A stretch of 64,000 nt of DNA, taken from positions 35,425 through 99,424 of the IMG/VR virus record IMGVR_UViG_3300032030_000038, one strand, 5' to 3'. A program made the position numbers and the translations under genes. Source of the stretch: a virus. Lineage: Duplodnaviria > Caudoviricetes. Under the pieces are notes generated by a model, which had not been told where the DNA came from, searched no databases, and saw nothing but the letters and a program-made list of their open reading frames with translations. Of the stretch, positions 56,076 to 64,000 are shown piece by piece (position 1 is the stretch's first letter; every line of letters begins with the position of its first letter).

Positions 56076-56104
56076 TTTTTTATTAATTTAAACTAAAATA
56101 TATT

Positions 56105-57073
56105 ATGTATTCTGCAAATCAAGTTAGACAACTGTATGTTGTCAATGATGCTAATCCCATTAATGTTAATACTGGGAATTCGGTCGATCATGTTGGCGGC
56201 AAGTTTTTCTCCATTCTTTATGGAGATTCTACTCTTGGCAAGCAGCAGCTTGTAGATATTATCGAAGACTGCGATATTCGCAAAGTCACTGTCGCAGCGG
56301 CTCCCGAGCTGAAAGCTCGTGAGGCAACCATTACTCTTAACGCTGTTCCTGATGACCCCAATAATGCTGGTACTGCTTCTTCTAATTGGGAGGCTTATCT
56401 TACTATTGTTGCTCCTGGTTTTTATGGTGATACTTTGGAAAATAAGGAAATTTTCCCGGTTAATATTACCTCTGCCGACGCTGGTGCTAACACAGCTGCC
56501 GCTGCTGCCACCGCTTTTGCTGCCAAGATCAATAATGACAAGACCCTGAAGAAGTACTTCACCGCATCTGCTTCCAACGCAGTTCTTACCATTACTGAAA
56601 AGTTTAATGTTAATGATTTTCGTATTGGTCTTTTCAACCTCCATTCTGCACCGTTTGTGATTTCTCATGGTCATTATGTGAACAATATGGAGGACAATCA
56701 TCTTATCGATGCTTACACTCCCAATCTTATTGCAAGTGTGGCCTATGGTCAGAGCCTTACTGAAAAGGTTAATGGCAGCTATGAGCTCGCCCAGCTTGAG
56801 TGGTTCTGTCATGGTTTCCGTGGTGATGTGTATCGTGAAAAGGCATTCCCCAACAATTTCCCGTATAACGGTCTTATTGTTCCGTCTGCAAATGCAGCTT
56901 ACTATACCTGTGATGTTCATTATTTCTGGCATGGTTATGGCAATCAGGTAGACAAGTCTGAAAAGGTTCTCACTTTTGTTGGTTCCGAAACTGACATGGA
57001 GGCTCTTGGGGCTTTGTTTGCGGCGAAGTCTGCTAATAACGTGACCATTCCCAATAACAGTCCCAGTAATTAA
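56105..57073 (+). CDS. Abundant virion protein (auxiliary capsid-like)
   Basis: YS.NQVRQLYV, LEWFCHG.RGD.YR; codon bias like MCP; followed by a hairpin. Confidence 0.6.
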   Translation: MYSANQVRQLYVVNDANPINVNTGNSVDHVGGKFFSILYGDSTLGKQQLVDIIEDCDIRKVTVAAAPELKAREATITLNAVPDDPNNAGTASSNWEAYLTIVAPGFYGDTLENKEIFPVNITSADAGANTAAAAATAFAAKINNDKTLKKYFTASASNAVLTITEKFNVNDFRIGLFNLHSAPFVISHGHYVNNMEDNHLIDAYTPNLIASVAYGQSLTEKVNGSYELAQLEWFCHGFRGDVYREKAFPNNFPYNGLIVPSANAAYYTCDVHYFWHGYGNQVDKSEKVLTFVGSETDMEALGALFAAKSANNVTIPNNSPSN

Positions 57074-57082
57074 TATTAATTT

Positions 57083-57106
57083 GGGTGGGGTAACCAATCC
57101 CCACCC
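57083..57106 (+). terminator. Stem-loop (terminator or mRNA stabiliser)
   Basis: GGGTGGGG-TAACCAAT-CCCCACCC; weak U tail. Confidence 0.6.
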
Positions 57107-57129
57107 GTTAATCATATAATCAAATTAAA

Positions 57130-57705
57130 ATGGCAAATTCTTTATACTCAAAAGGATATTTTTCTAATGGTATTTTGTTTATAGATACCTATCCCATTGC
57201 TGACTGCGATTATGTTTTCGCTGGGGAGTTGGCCGAAGATGGTGAGACATTCATTCCCCACTTTGAAGTCGAAGAGTATATTGGTGGCCAGTGGGTAACT
57301 CTTGATTATGAGGAGGGAGAATACACATATATATTTGTTACAGATCCTAACGAGCCTCCCAGATTACAAATAACTGTAAAGCATGCTACTGGCAAGCTGT
57401 ATCGTGTAAAGTACTTGATGGATGCTGGTGAAAACTGCGATAATTGCGGTTGTCTGTCAAATTCAGTATGCAAAGCATATGTCGATACAGATGAGCTGCG
57501 CGAGGTAGTGCTTCGTCTCGCAGGCAATATGTGTACAGAGGCTTGCGATATTCCTTATAATCTTATTAATAAAATTCTTGAATTGTCTTCTATAGAATTG
57601 GCTGCTGCAAAGGAAAACAATTGTTCAATGGTCGCCAAACTATATGACAAGTACTTATTGAATATTAACTCAACGAATACTTCAAACTGCGGATGTCATG
57701 GTTAG
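57130..57705 (+). CDS. Tail-associated protein
   Basis: Cys-rich; ends CGCHG as in crAss tail/hub-region genes. Confidence 0.55.
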   Translation: MANSLYSKGYFSNGILFIDTYPIADCDYVFAGELAEDGETFIPHFEVEEYIGGQWVTLDYEEGEYTYIFVTDPNEPPRLQITVKHATGKLYRVKYLMDAGENCDNCGCLSNSVCKAYVDTDELREVVLRLAGNMCTEACDIPYNLINKILELSSIELAAAKENNCSMVAKLYDKYLLNINSTNTSNCGCHG

Positions 57706-58270
57706 TAGTGATAATATAGATTTAATGGAATCTACCATAGCTTCCTTTAGCAACTATTTTAAGTATGTAGGCGAGTATGGTGTGTCAAAAAACCAGGACA
57801 AATTTAAACTCCTGGTATTGTTCTTTTTATGTGATACATTATATAATTCCACTTATATCTATAAACTGACACCTATCCTAGGCACTGAAATGCCTGAATC
57901 AAATGATCCTGTAGGTATGGATATCAGTATTGATGTATCAAAAAAAAGATTTATTGACACTGTATTTAATAAAGTACTTTCTTGTATAACTGAAAATTCT
58001 TGCTGTATAATAGCCACAGTTGATAATAAATGCAATAAATGTCTTCCAGAAGGTGTTATTGACTTTCAAACTTATTATCTTACTAATGTGATAGCCACCA
58101 ATATTGACGGTGGCATGGCTATAAATACAGATAAGCAGGTTGACGGAGATGACGTTCAGCAGGAAGAAGATTCTTCCACGCCCAATACTGCTACTATACT
58201 TCACGGACCTAACTGGTATGATTTTGAAAATGATCCTAATCTTCCAGAAGATCGTACTTTTAGCGATTAA
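57698..58270 (+). CDS. Tail-associated protein
   Basis: YF..V.EYG, KLLVL.FL; overlaps the upstream gene. Confidence 0.55.
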   Translation: MVSSDNIDLMESTIASFSNYFKYVGEYGVSKNQDKFKLLVLFFLCDTLYNSTYIYKLTPILGTEMPESNDPVGMDISIDVSKKRFIDTVFNKVLSCITENSCCIIATVDNKCNKCLPEGVIDFQTYYLTNVIATNIDGGMAINTDKQVDGDDVQQEEDSSTPNTATILHGPNWYDFENDPNLPEDRTFSD

Positions 58271-58288
58271 TCTAAACTTTAAATAAAT

Positions 58289-60394
58289 ATGAATACTAAT
58301 TATAGATATATACACTTTCCTAGACTTTTAGCAGGGATTACTCGCTTTAAAGACTTTCGTCTTGATTTTAATAGAAGTGAGGTCCTTGATGATTTAAGTA
58401 AATTTTGGCTTGTAGGTTACTATGAGCATACAAGACCTATAGATGATGACGACTTTGAAAACTCAGAGCAAAGAGTTAACATTGTGGATCTTATGCATTA
58501 TGCCTGTCCTAAACTTGAAGGTATATCGTATGCTTATAGAGCGTCTGCTGCAACTACCGTCGATGAATTGCTCAGTCTCAATGGTAACTGGTCGCAATTA
58601 TATCCGGATGCTTCCGAAGCCCTTCCTTATATTTGGGTAAGATCAAGATATACATTTTCAAATGGTGAATTTAGTGACTACTATCATATAACTGATAAGT
58701 ATGCCGGTAGAGACTCTTCGGTTTGTAAAGTTACAGGCACTAAAACTTGGATTGGTTTTGATGAAGAACAGCCCAATCCTGTACTTGTTTTAAAGAGAGA
58801 AGCCGTTGGTGTTCCTCTGGAAACTGTTATTGCCGAACCCGAGTGGGATAATGGGACTTATATTTATAGTAATCTTCCAACATTTGCTGAAAATCAATAT
58901 CCGTATTCTTACTATGTCTATGAAGTTGATGATCCTAGCTATGAAAGTTTCAGTTATAATACTGAAAGTGGAAGTGACTTTGTCAATGTATCCCTAGAAG
59001 AAATAAGTGTTACTGTAAATAAAATATGGGAGACAGCTGGTCAAGAAATTCCAGAAGAGACTTGTTACTTTAAAATATATGGCAGAAGTAAATCCAGAGA
59101 TCACGAAGTAGCAACTGTTCAGGTTAATTCGAGCGATAACTGGAGTGCTACTGTTTACCATCTTCGTAAATATGATGAATATGGTGAAATTAATTATACT
59201 GCAGAAGAGGTTAATCAACTCGCCGGCTGGGATACGACATATGAAAAATATTTTGATGAAGAGGGTAATATTATCATTGATGTTACCAACACATATAATG
59301 ACGGTTCTACAAAGACCATAACTGTGACTAAATTCTGGAGTGATGCTCAGGTCAATCACCCGAATGTCTCTATCAGTGTTTCCATTAATGGTAATGAAGA
59401 GGTTATAACTCTCGGTCAGTCCAACGATTGGACTTGGACAAGAAGTGGGGTTGATTCTTCCGCTACTGTTGTTGTTAACGAGATTACTACTGTCGCTGGA
59501 TACACTCCTTCAATCACTTGGAGTAATAATAATTGCACTATTTACAATTATAAAGATTCTGATACAGCTCATATCACTATTAATAAGGTGTGGAGTGATT
59601 CTACTAACGACCCTATCACGGCTTATTTGAGCATTAACGAAGAATACCCTCTCGGTACAGAAGTGAATATTGAGGAGGAGCCTGTGCAAGGTTATACTTA
59701 TGAGGTAAGTGATGACGGAGGACTTAACTATACTATTACAAATACCAAGGAATCACCCGACCCTCCCACTACTGATACATTGACTATTACAAAACAATGG
59801 AATCTTACAACATATAACGCACCCCCGGTTAATGCTGTTTCTGTTTACGTTAGCATAGATGGAGTTACCAGTAATGTAGAACTTTCCTCTGAAAATAATT
59901 GGACATATTCCAGAGAAGGCGTTAGTGCATTATCGGAAATTTCAGTGACTGAGGAAACTACATTAACTGATTTCACAACTACTTACTCTCATTCCGGACT
60001 TAATTGGGTTATTATCAATACAGAGGAACCATCTCCGACCGAGCCATTAGTACAGTATACCGAAAATATCAATAATTTAGAAGGTTATCCTTGGAAAGAT
60101 GCTTCTACTGAATTTCCGGTTGGAACACCTAAAACCGACAGAGTGACTCATTACATGCAGTTTTCAATATTAAAGACTTCTTGGACTTCAGGAGTCCGTG
60201 TGAGTACTGGCAGTGTTATTGAAAATAATAAATTCTGGGGTTGGAAGGACGGTAGTTGGTCTCCCATTATAGATGAAAACCCCGCAGGCACTCTTACTTA
60301 TCAATATACTGAAGAAGATTTGGACTACTACACATTCACTATAAATGATGCAAGTACTCATGTTGACAGGGCTATAGTTTTGACAACACCGTAA
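58289..60394 (+). CDS. Virion protein with tandem CnaB-type repeats
   Basis: Five K-x-W starts (GTKTW, VNKIW, VTKFW, INKVW, ITKQW) with NW/DW, xxE and terminal (V/I)xN motifs; N-terminal PYIWVRSRY fibre-like motif. Confidence 0.7.
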   Translation: MNTNYRYIHFPRLLAGITRFKDFRLDFNRSEVLDDLSKFWLVGYYEHTRPIDDDDFENSEQRVNIVDLMHYACPKLEGISYAYRASAATTVDELLSLNGNWSQLYPDASEALPYIWVRSRYTFSNGEFSDYYHITDKYAGRDSSVCKVTGTKTWIGFDEEQPNPVLVLKREAVGVPLETVIAEPEWDNGTYIYSNLPTFAENQYPYSYYVYEVDDPSYESFSYNTESGSDFVNVSLEEISVTVNKIWETAGQEIPEETCYFKIYGRSKSRDHEVATVQVNSSDNWSATVYHLRKYDEYGEINYTAEEVNQLAGWDTTYEKYFDEEGNIIIDVTNTYNDGSTKTITVTKFWSDAQVNHPNVSISVSINGNEEVITLGQSNDWTWTRSGVDSSATVVVNEITTVAGYTPSITWSNNNCTIYNYKDSDTAHITINKVWSDSTNDPITAYLSINEEYPLGTEVNIEEEPVQGYTYEVSDDGGLNYTITNTKESPDPPTTDTLTITKQWNLTTYNAPPVNAVSVYVSIDGVTSNVELSSENNWTYSREGVSALSEISVTEETTLTDFTTTYSHSGLNWVIINTEEPSPTEPLVQYTENINNLEGYPWKDASTEFPVGTPKTDRVTHYMQFSILKTSWTSGVRVSTGSVIENNKFWGWKDGSWSPIIDENPAGTLTYQYTEEDLDYYTFTINDASTHVDRAIVLTTP

Positions 60395-60406
60395 TTATTT
60401 AATATT

Positions 60407-60871
60407 ATGAGAAAATATGTAGCAGATCATAGTACAACTGCGAATTATCTAGAGCGTGGTAGACATCCGAGAGATACTCGTGATGTGGTACAGTTGAGGT
60501 CTGATCTTATAAATCCAAACACCTGGGGGTTTCAACCTGACTCAGAGGAATTCTCAGGGTATTTTAACGATAAAGTGTACATCGGGATGTTGGTATCGGT
60601 TATTGAAGATACTCCCCAAAATAACGGTGTATATCTTTTTGTCGGTAATTACGGTACTCCCTACGACCCTGCGGATTATTGGTTTGACCTTCGTTACTGG
60701 AAGAAACTTGCATTTGCTGTAGATGTCGACGATGAAACTACCAACTGGATACCCAGTACGGATCCCGATACTGTTCATGTGAAGAGAATCAGTGGCGGTC
60801 AGTTTGGTACTAATCAAGACAGTACAGCAGACCTTGATAATTCAGAGTATTTAAATAACAATAAAATTTAA
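60407..60871 (+). CDS. Tail fibre-associated protein
   Basis: P.DTR.VV....DL, YIGMLVSV, NNGVY, WKKL. Confidence 0.6.
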   Translation: MRKYVADHSTTANYLERGRHPRDTRDVVQLRSDLINPNTWGFQPDSEEFSGYFNDKVYIGMLVSVIEDTPQNNGVYLFVGNYGTPYDPADYWFDLRYWKKLAFAVDVDDETTNWIPSTDPDTVHVKRISGGQFGTNQDSTADLDNSEYLNNNKI

Positions 60872-60894
60872 TAAATTAAGCATATTAATAAATT

Positions 60895-62010
60895 ATGGCA
60901 ACTAAAATAAATCTTAAAAGAGGTATTTCTCTTCTTAATACCTATGTATCATTACCTGCTGGTTCAGTTGTAAATATAAATACTGGCGGAAGCTATTCTA
61001 ATATAAACAGCTCGGTTAGTAACGGTATCAACCTTGTTTCGGCAGAGCCTTGGGTAAACACATCAACCAATCAGTTGTGGGTGGATGGCATGCCTATTAA
61101 TGTTGAGCTGAGACTTACAAATAACCAAGGACAGACTACACTGTCTAATATCATGCTTGGTACTGATGGCAAGGCTTACCAGACTCTTAATATTCCTCCG
61201 ACTACTCAGCTGGATATTCCTGTGTATGGCTTGATTGCAACAGACAGCGATAATATATACAGTACTGACCTCTGGACTGGCAAGTCTGCTACAACCGCTA
61301 CTTACAGACCGAATGTTCCTAACAACAACGTCCTCGCACTTGTTGACACCTCGACGAATGGCAGCGCAAATACTCCTAATCCTGCCGATACTAGCTTACA
61401 TCATGTTCCTCAGACATTTGTGTCTTACATAGGAAATATCCAATCCAATATTAATGTTGGTTCTATTGTTAAATACTACAACAATAGTAGTGTTGATAGA
61501 GTATTCCAGGATATTACACTTATTGATGGTGGCGTGTTTGGTAACACTAATACTGAAATTGGTATCTATACTGGTGGTCCTTATGAGAACAGACCTGACT
61601 GGATTGATGTGGTAGTCGTTGGTACTAATAATATCTTCCCCGCTCCTCAGCCTGGTGAAAGTGAGTCTGTTGTCGCTGGTGTTGCTTATATTCGTGATAC
61701 TGAGCTTAGCGGTAGTGATCCTTACACGGTTATCGTTGGTGAGATTGAAAACGCTGGCGCTGATGCACACGATCGTGGCTCTGCTCTTTATTCTGATGCG
61801 TTCGGTTATAAGGTTCTCGAAGACTATCTTGATATTACCAGCGAATCTGCTGTTATTACCATTGATAATATTTCTTATACTTCTCAGACTTCTGAAGTTC
61901 CCTATTTACAACCCGGCCATTCTTATTATTTTGCTAACTATTTTTATATAGGTAATAAAACCTATGTTAACAATATCAGTGCGAGAGTTACAATTCCTGA
62001 GCAAGCATAA
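60895..62010 (+). CDS. Tail fibre/spike-type protein
   Basis: MATKINLKRG start, AEPW.NT..NQLW, IDGG.FG; N/T/S-rich. Confidence 0.55.
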   Translation: MATKINLKRGISLLNTYVSLPAGSVVNINTGGSYSNINSSVSNGINLVSAEPWVNTSTNQLWVDGMPINVELRLTNNQGQTTLSNIMLGTDGKAYQTLNIPPTTQLDIPVYGLIATDSDNIYSTDLWTGKSATTATYRPNVPNNNVLALVDTSTNGSANTPNPADTSLHHVPQTFVSYIGNIQSNINVGSIVKYYNNSSVDRVFQDITLIDGGVFGNTNTEIGIYTGGPYENRPDWIDVVVVGTNNIFPAPQPGESESVVAGVAYIRDTELSGSDPYTVIVGEIENAGADAHDRGSALYSDAFGYKVLEDYLDITSESAVITIDNISYTSQTSEVPYLQPGHSYYFANYFYIGNKTYVNNISARVTIPEQA

Positions 62011-62065
62011 CTCTTAAAAATAGTTAATTTAAGTAAAATTCTTTTATTAAAAGAATAAAAAAATT

Positions 62066-62073
62066 TAATTTTG
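62066..62073 (+). promoter_or_regulatory. TAnnTTTG -7 box
   Basis: TAATTTTG 13 nt before the 62087 ATG. Confidence 0.45.
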
Positions 62074-62086
62074 CAGAAAACAAACA

Positions 62087-62932
62087 ATGGCAACACAAAT
62101 TCTATTAAAAAGAGGATTGTTCAACATTGCTGACAGTAATACTGCAATAGTTACCCCTGGTGAGTTAGGTTTTAACCTACTCACCTTGGGTAATAATATT
62201 TATAGTTTTCCCGAGGTTTTTGGTGTATCCAGTCACGAAGGCACTGCTTCTCTTGTAAACCCAGTTGTTGAATTAAATCGTTCGATACTTAATTCAGAGC
62301 TTGTTGAAGACGGGCCTGCTTTTTCAAATTATCTTTTTTATAATACAGGCAATTCAAACGCTGCTTATAATGGCCAGTGGGTAAGCAACTTCTTAAGTTA
62401 TGGTACTGCTTTTTATGACTCTCCGAGTGACTCCCTTGAATACGGCAGTATGTATTTGTCTCCTGACAAATTTGTAATGCGCTCTGGGAAATACTATACA
62501 TCAGCGTCTGTAAACTGGGCTGTGGGTTTCAAAACTTTTCATTATTATATAAGTGACTTGGACCCTGCATTTATTGAAGCAAGTTCCAATGCAACTTTCA
62601 CTATACCTATAAAGAGGAGCCATCTTACTCATATAATAAATGTAGAGAGTGATTCTGCATATGGTTATCTTTATATTGATTTTGAAAATGGTAATCTGCA
62701 AGAACTTGGCAATACTATTGTATTTATAAAATCATTTAGGGAAGGTGTAAAAGTAGTAGTGAATGCACCCACTAATTATAGTATTTATTATAGTGGTGCG
62801 GCAGCTAATAATATAACAACTGAAGATCAAGAGGTTATAAAGCTTGAATTTACCAACTTGTATAACAGTCAGGACGACAATATTGGACAACCGAGAATAA
62901 TTACTTGTAATGTTACTAAATTTGTAGAATAA
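62087..62932 (+). CDS. Tail fibre/spike-type protein
   Basis: MATQILLKRG...PGELGF N-terminal attachment-type motif. Confidence 0.55.
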   Translation: MATQILLKRGLFNIADSNTAIVTPGELGFNLLTLGNNIYSFPEVFGVSSHEGTASLVNPVVELNRSILNSELVEDGPAFSNYLFYNTGNSNAAYNGQWVSNFLSYGTAFYDSPSDSLEYGSMYLSPDKFVMRSGKYYTSASVNWAVGFKTFHYYISDLDPAFIEASSNATFTIPIKRSHLTHIINVESDSAYGYLYIDFENGNLQELGNTIVFIKSFREGVKVVVNAPTNYSIYYSGAAANNITTEDQEVIKLEFTNLYNSQDDNIGQPRIITCNVTKFVE

Positions 62933-63327
62933 TGCTTGATAAAGCTTCAATAGTTACAATAAATGCAGGAGCTACTGCAACTTTGAGAATTAAGGTTAAA
63001 AGTTTCATCGATGAACTTGAGAATACAATAGTGACCCCTTCTTCTTTACGAGGATATACTATTTATCTTCATATGCTCGATGAGCAAGGTGATCGTAAAT
63101 GGAGTTGCAAGCTTGATGATCGTAAGTGGGATAACTCTGAAAAACTTTTCAAAGTCGAACTTACTAATAAAGATACCCTTAAGTTAGCAGGTTGTACTGT
63201 ACATTTTGAAGCTAGTATGGTCGATTCTGATGGACATGTCATAATTAGTGACTTGATAGAAATTCCCAATATACTATTAAGATTTAATGAAAATTCTATT
63301 GGACCATGGATGGCAAAGGAATTATAG
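62932..63327 (+). CDS. BppU_N-like structural protein
   Basis: G.T.T..I, F.VELT..DT.KL pattern; TAATG overlap. Confidence 0.45.
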   Translation: MLDKASIVTINAGATATLRIKVKSFIDELENTIVTPSSLRGYTIYLHMLDEQGDRKWSCKLDDRKWDNSEKLFKVELTNKDTLKLAGCTVHFEASMVDSDGHVIISDLIEIPNILLRFNENSIGPWMAKEL

Positions 63328-64000
63328 GATGGGCCCTTGAAATCGAGGTCGAGACTCATGAGGTACAGGTCGATGGCTTTTCAGCCGTTAAAAATTTGAA
63401 AACATCTCTTGAAGTTTTTATAGGTTGCGAACTTGAATCTACCACTAATCTTTCTTCATATGCAAAAATAGTATGGGTGAATTCTGAGTTGGCTGATCTT
63501 CGTAAGGAGTTCGGCCACCTTATTGATGAGAAGCTGGGAAAGAATGATCTTAAAACAATTAATGGCAAGTCATTAATTATTACAGACCCTAACGATACTG
63601 ATATTGTTATCGACCAGCCAGAGCCTGACTTGCTTAATTGCAATATGACATATGAGTTGGTTGAAGGCCAGATAGTATGGAGTTGCGATCATACTTGGGA
63701 TGAAATTTATACAGCTATTCAAGATGGTAAAATTGTAAGACTGCTTGTCGATGGTACTACCCTCATGCCTTTTATCATTCAAAAAACTGCTGGAGCCTTC
63801 AGTAATTCTACACATATTGAGTTGGAAAACAACTCAACATATGAATGGAATGTCAGTTTTACCTATGATAATGGCGTATGGGAATTACACAACGAGTTAA
63901 CTCCTGTCTTCACTTCATCTGACAAAACAAAACTTGACAGTATAGAGGAAGGAGCACAAGTTAATGTCCAGTCGGATTGGTCTCAAACAACTAATACAGC
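63306..64000 (+). CDS. Tail fibre protein, 3'-truncated by the window (absent from the ORF track)
   Basis: Manual translation MDGKGIIGWALEIEVE...LKTINGKSL...DKTKLDSIEEGAQVNVQSDW; open to the window end. Confidence 0.7.
   Translation, partial: MDGKGIIGWALEIEVETHEVQVDGFSAVKNLKTSLEVFIGCELESTTNLSSYAKIVWVNSELADLRKEFGHLIDEKLGKNDLKTINGKSLIITDPNDTDIVIDQPEPDLLNCNMTYELVEGQIVWSCDHTWDEIYTAIQDGKIVRLLVDGTTLMPFIIQKTAGAFSNSTHIELENNSTYEWNVSFTYDNGVWELHNELTPVFTSSDKTKLDSIEEGAQVNVQSDWSQTTNT

Noticed and set aside
56093-57115. 340-aa - strand ORF
   Set aside because: Antisense shadow of the 56105-57073 structural gene
1-64000. Genome-wide stop-codon recoding as in some crAss-like phages
   Set aside because: Core genes are full length in the standard code; TAG and TGA end genes at sensible boundaries; no suppressor tRNA seen
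58289-64000. Diversity-generating retroelement target in the fibre genes
   Set aside because: No reverse transcriptase and no TR/VR repeat pair noticed in the window

Overview
A 64-kb segment of a crAss-like phage (Crassvirales) genome, standard genetic code, with a Bacteroidota host inferred from TTTG-N19-TAnnTTTG promoters and A-rich, SD-less translation starts. (1) 1-4482 (+): the 3' part of a giant virion cargo-type protein gene, ending at a bidirectional terminator. (2) 4530-37124 (-): replication and metabolism arm with M15 endolysin, DnaB-like helicase, AAA_24 ATPase, PolA, retropepsin, class II RNR, nucleases, primase and SSB. It also holds a six-gene amide/peptide-ligase cluster (ATP-grasp, two COOH-NH2 ligases, GATase I and II, one unknown) with a nearby gamma-glutamylcyclotransferase, a decaying array of small accessory genes, and a tRNA cluster. 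The tRNA cluster contains tRNA-Pro, tRNA-Leu, two tRNA-like relics, a pseudoknot-capable element and a tRNA-Ile2(CAU) split by a 532-nt ORF-less group I intron. (3) 37125-37739: divergent control region with repeats, a host-type promoter and a candidate ~200-nt pseudoknotted ncRNA. (4) 37740-64000 (+): structural arm with a multidomain lysozyme-like protein, HU-like and GroES-like genes, a GH16, TerL carrying a class-3 (Ala1, WCT) LAGLIDADG intein, portal, holin/spanin candidates, major capsid, ring/tail proteins and a CnaB-repeat protein. All calls come from motif reading by eye; no database searches were run.
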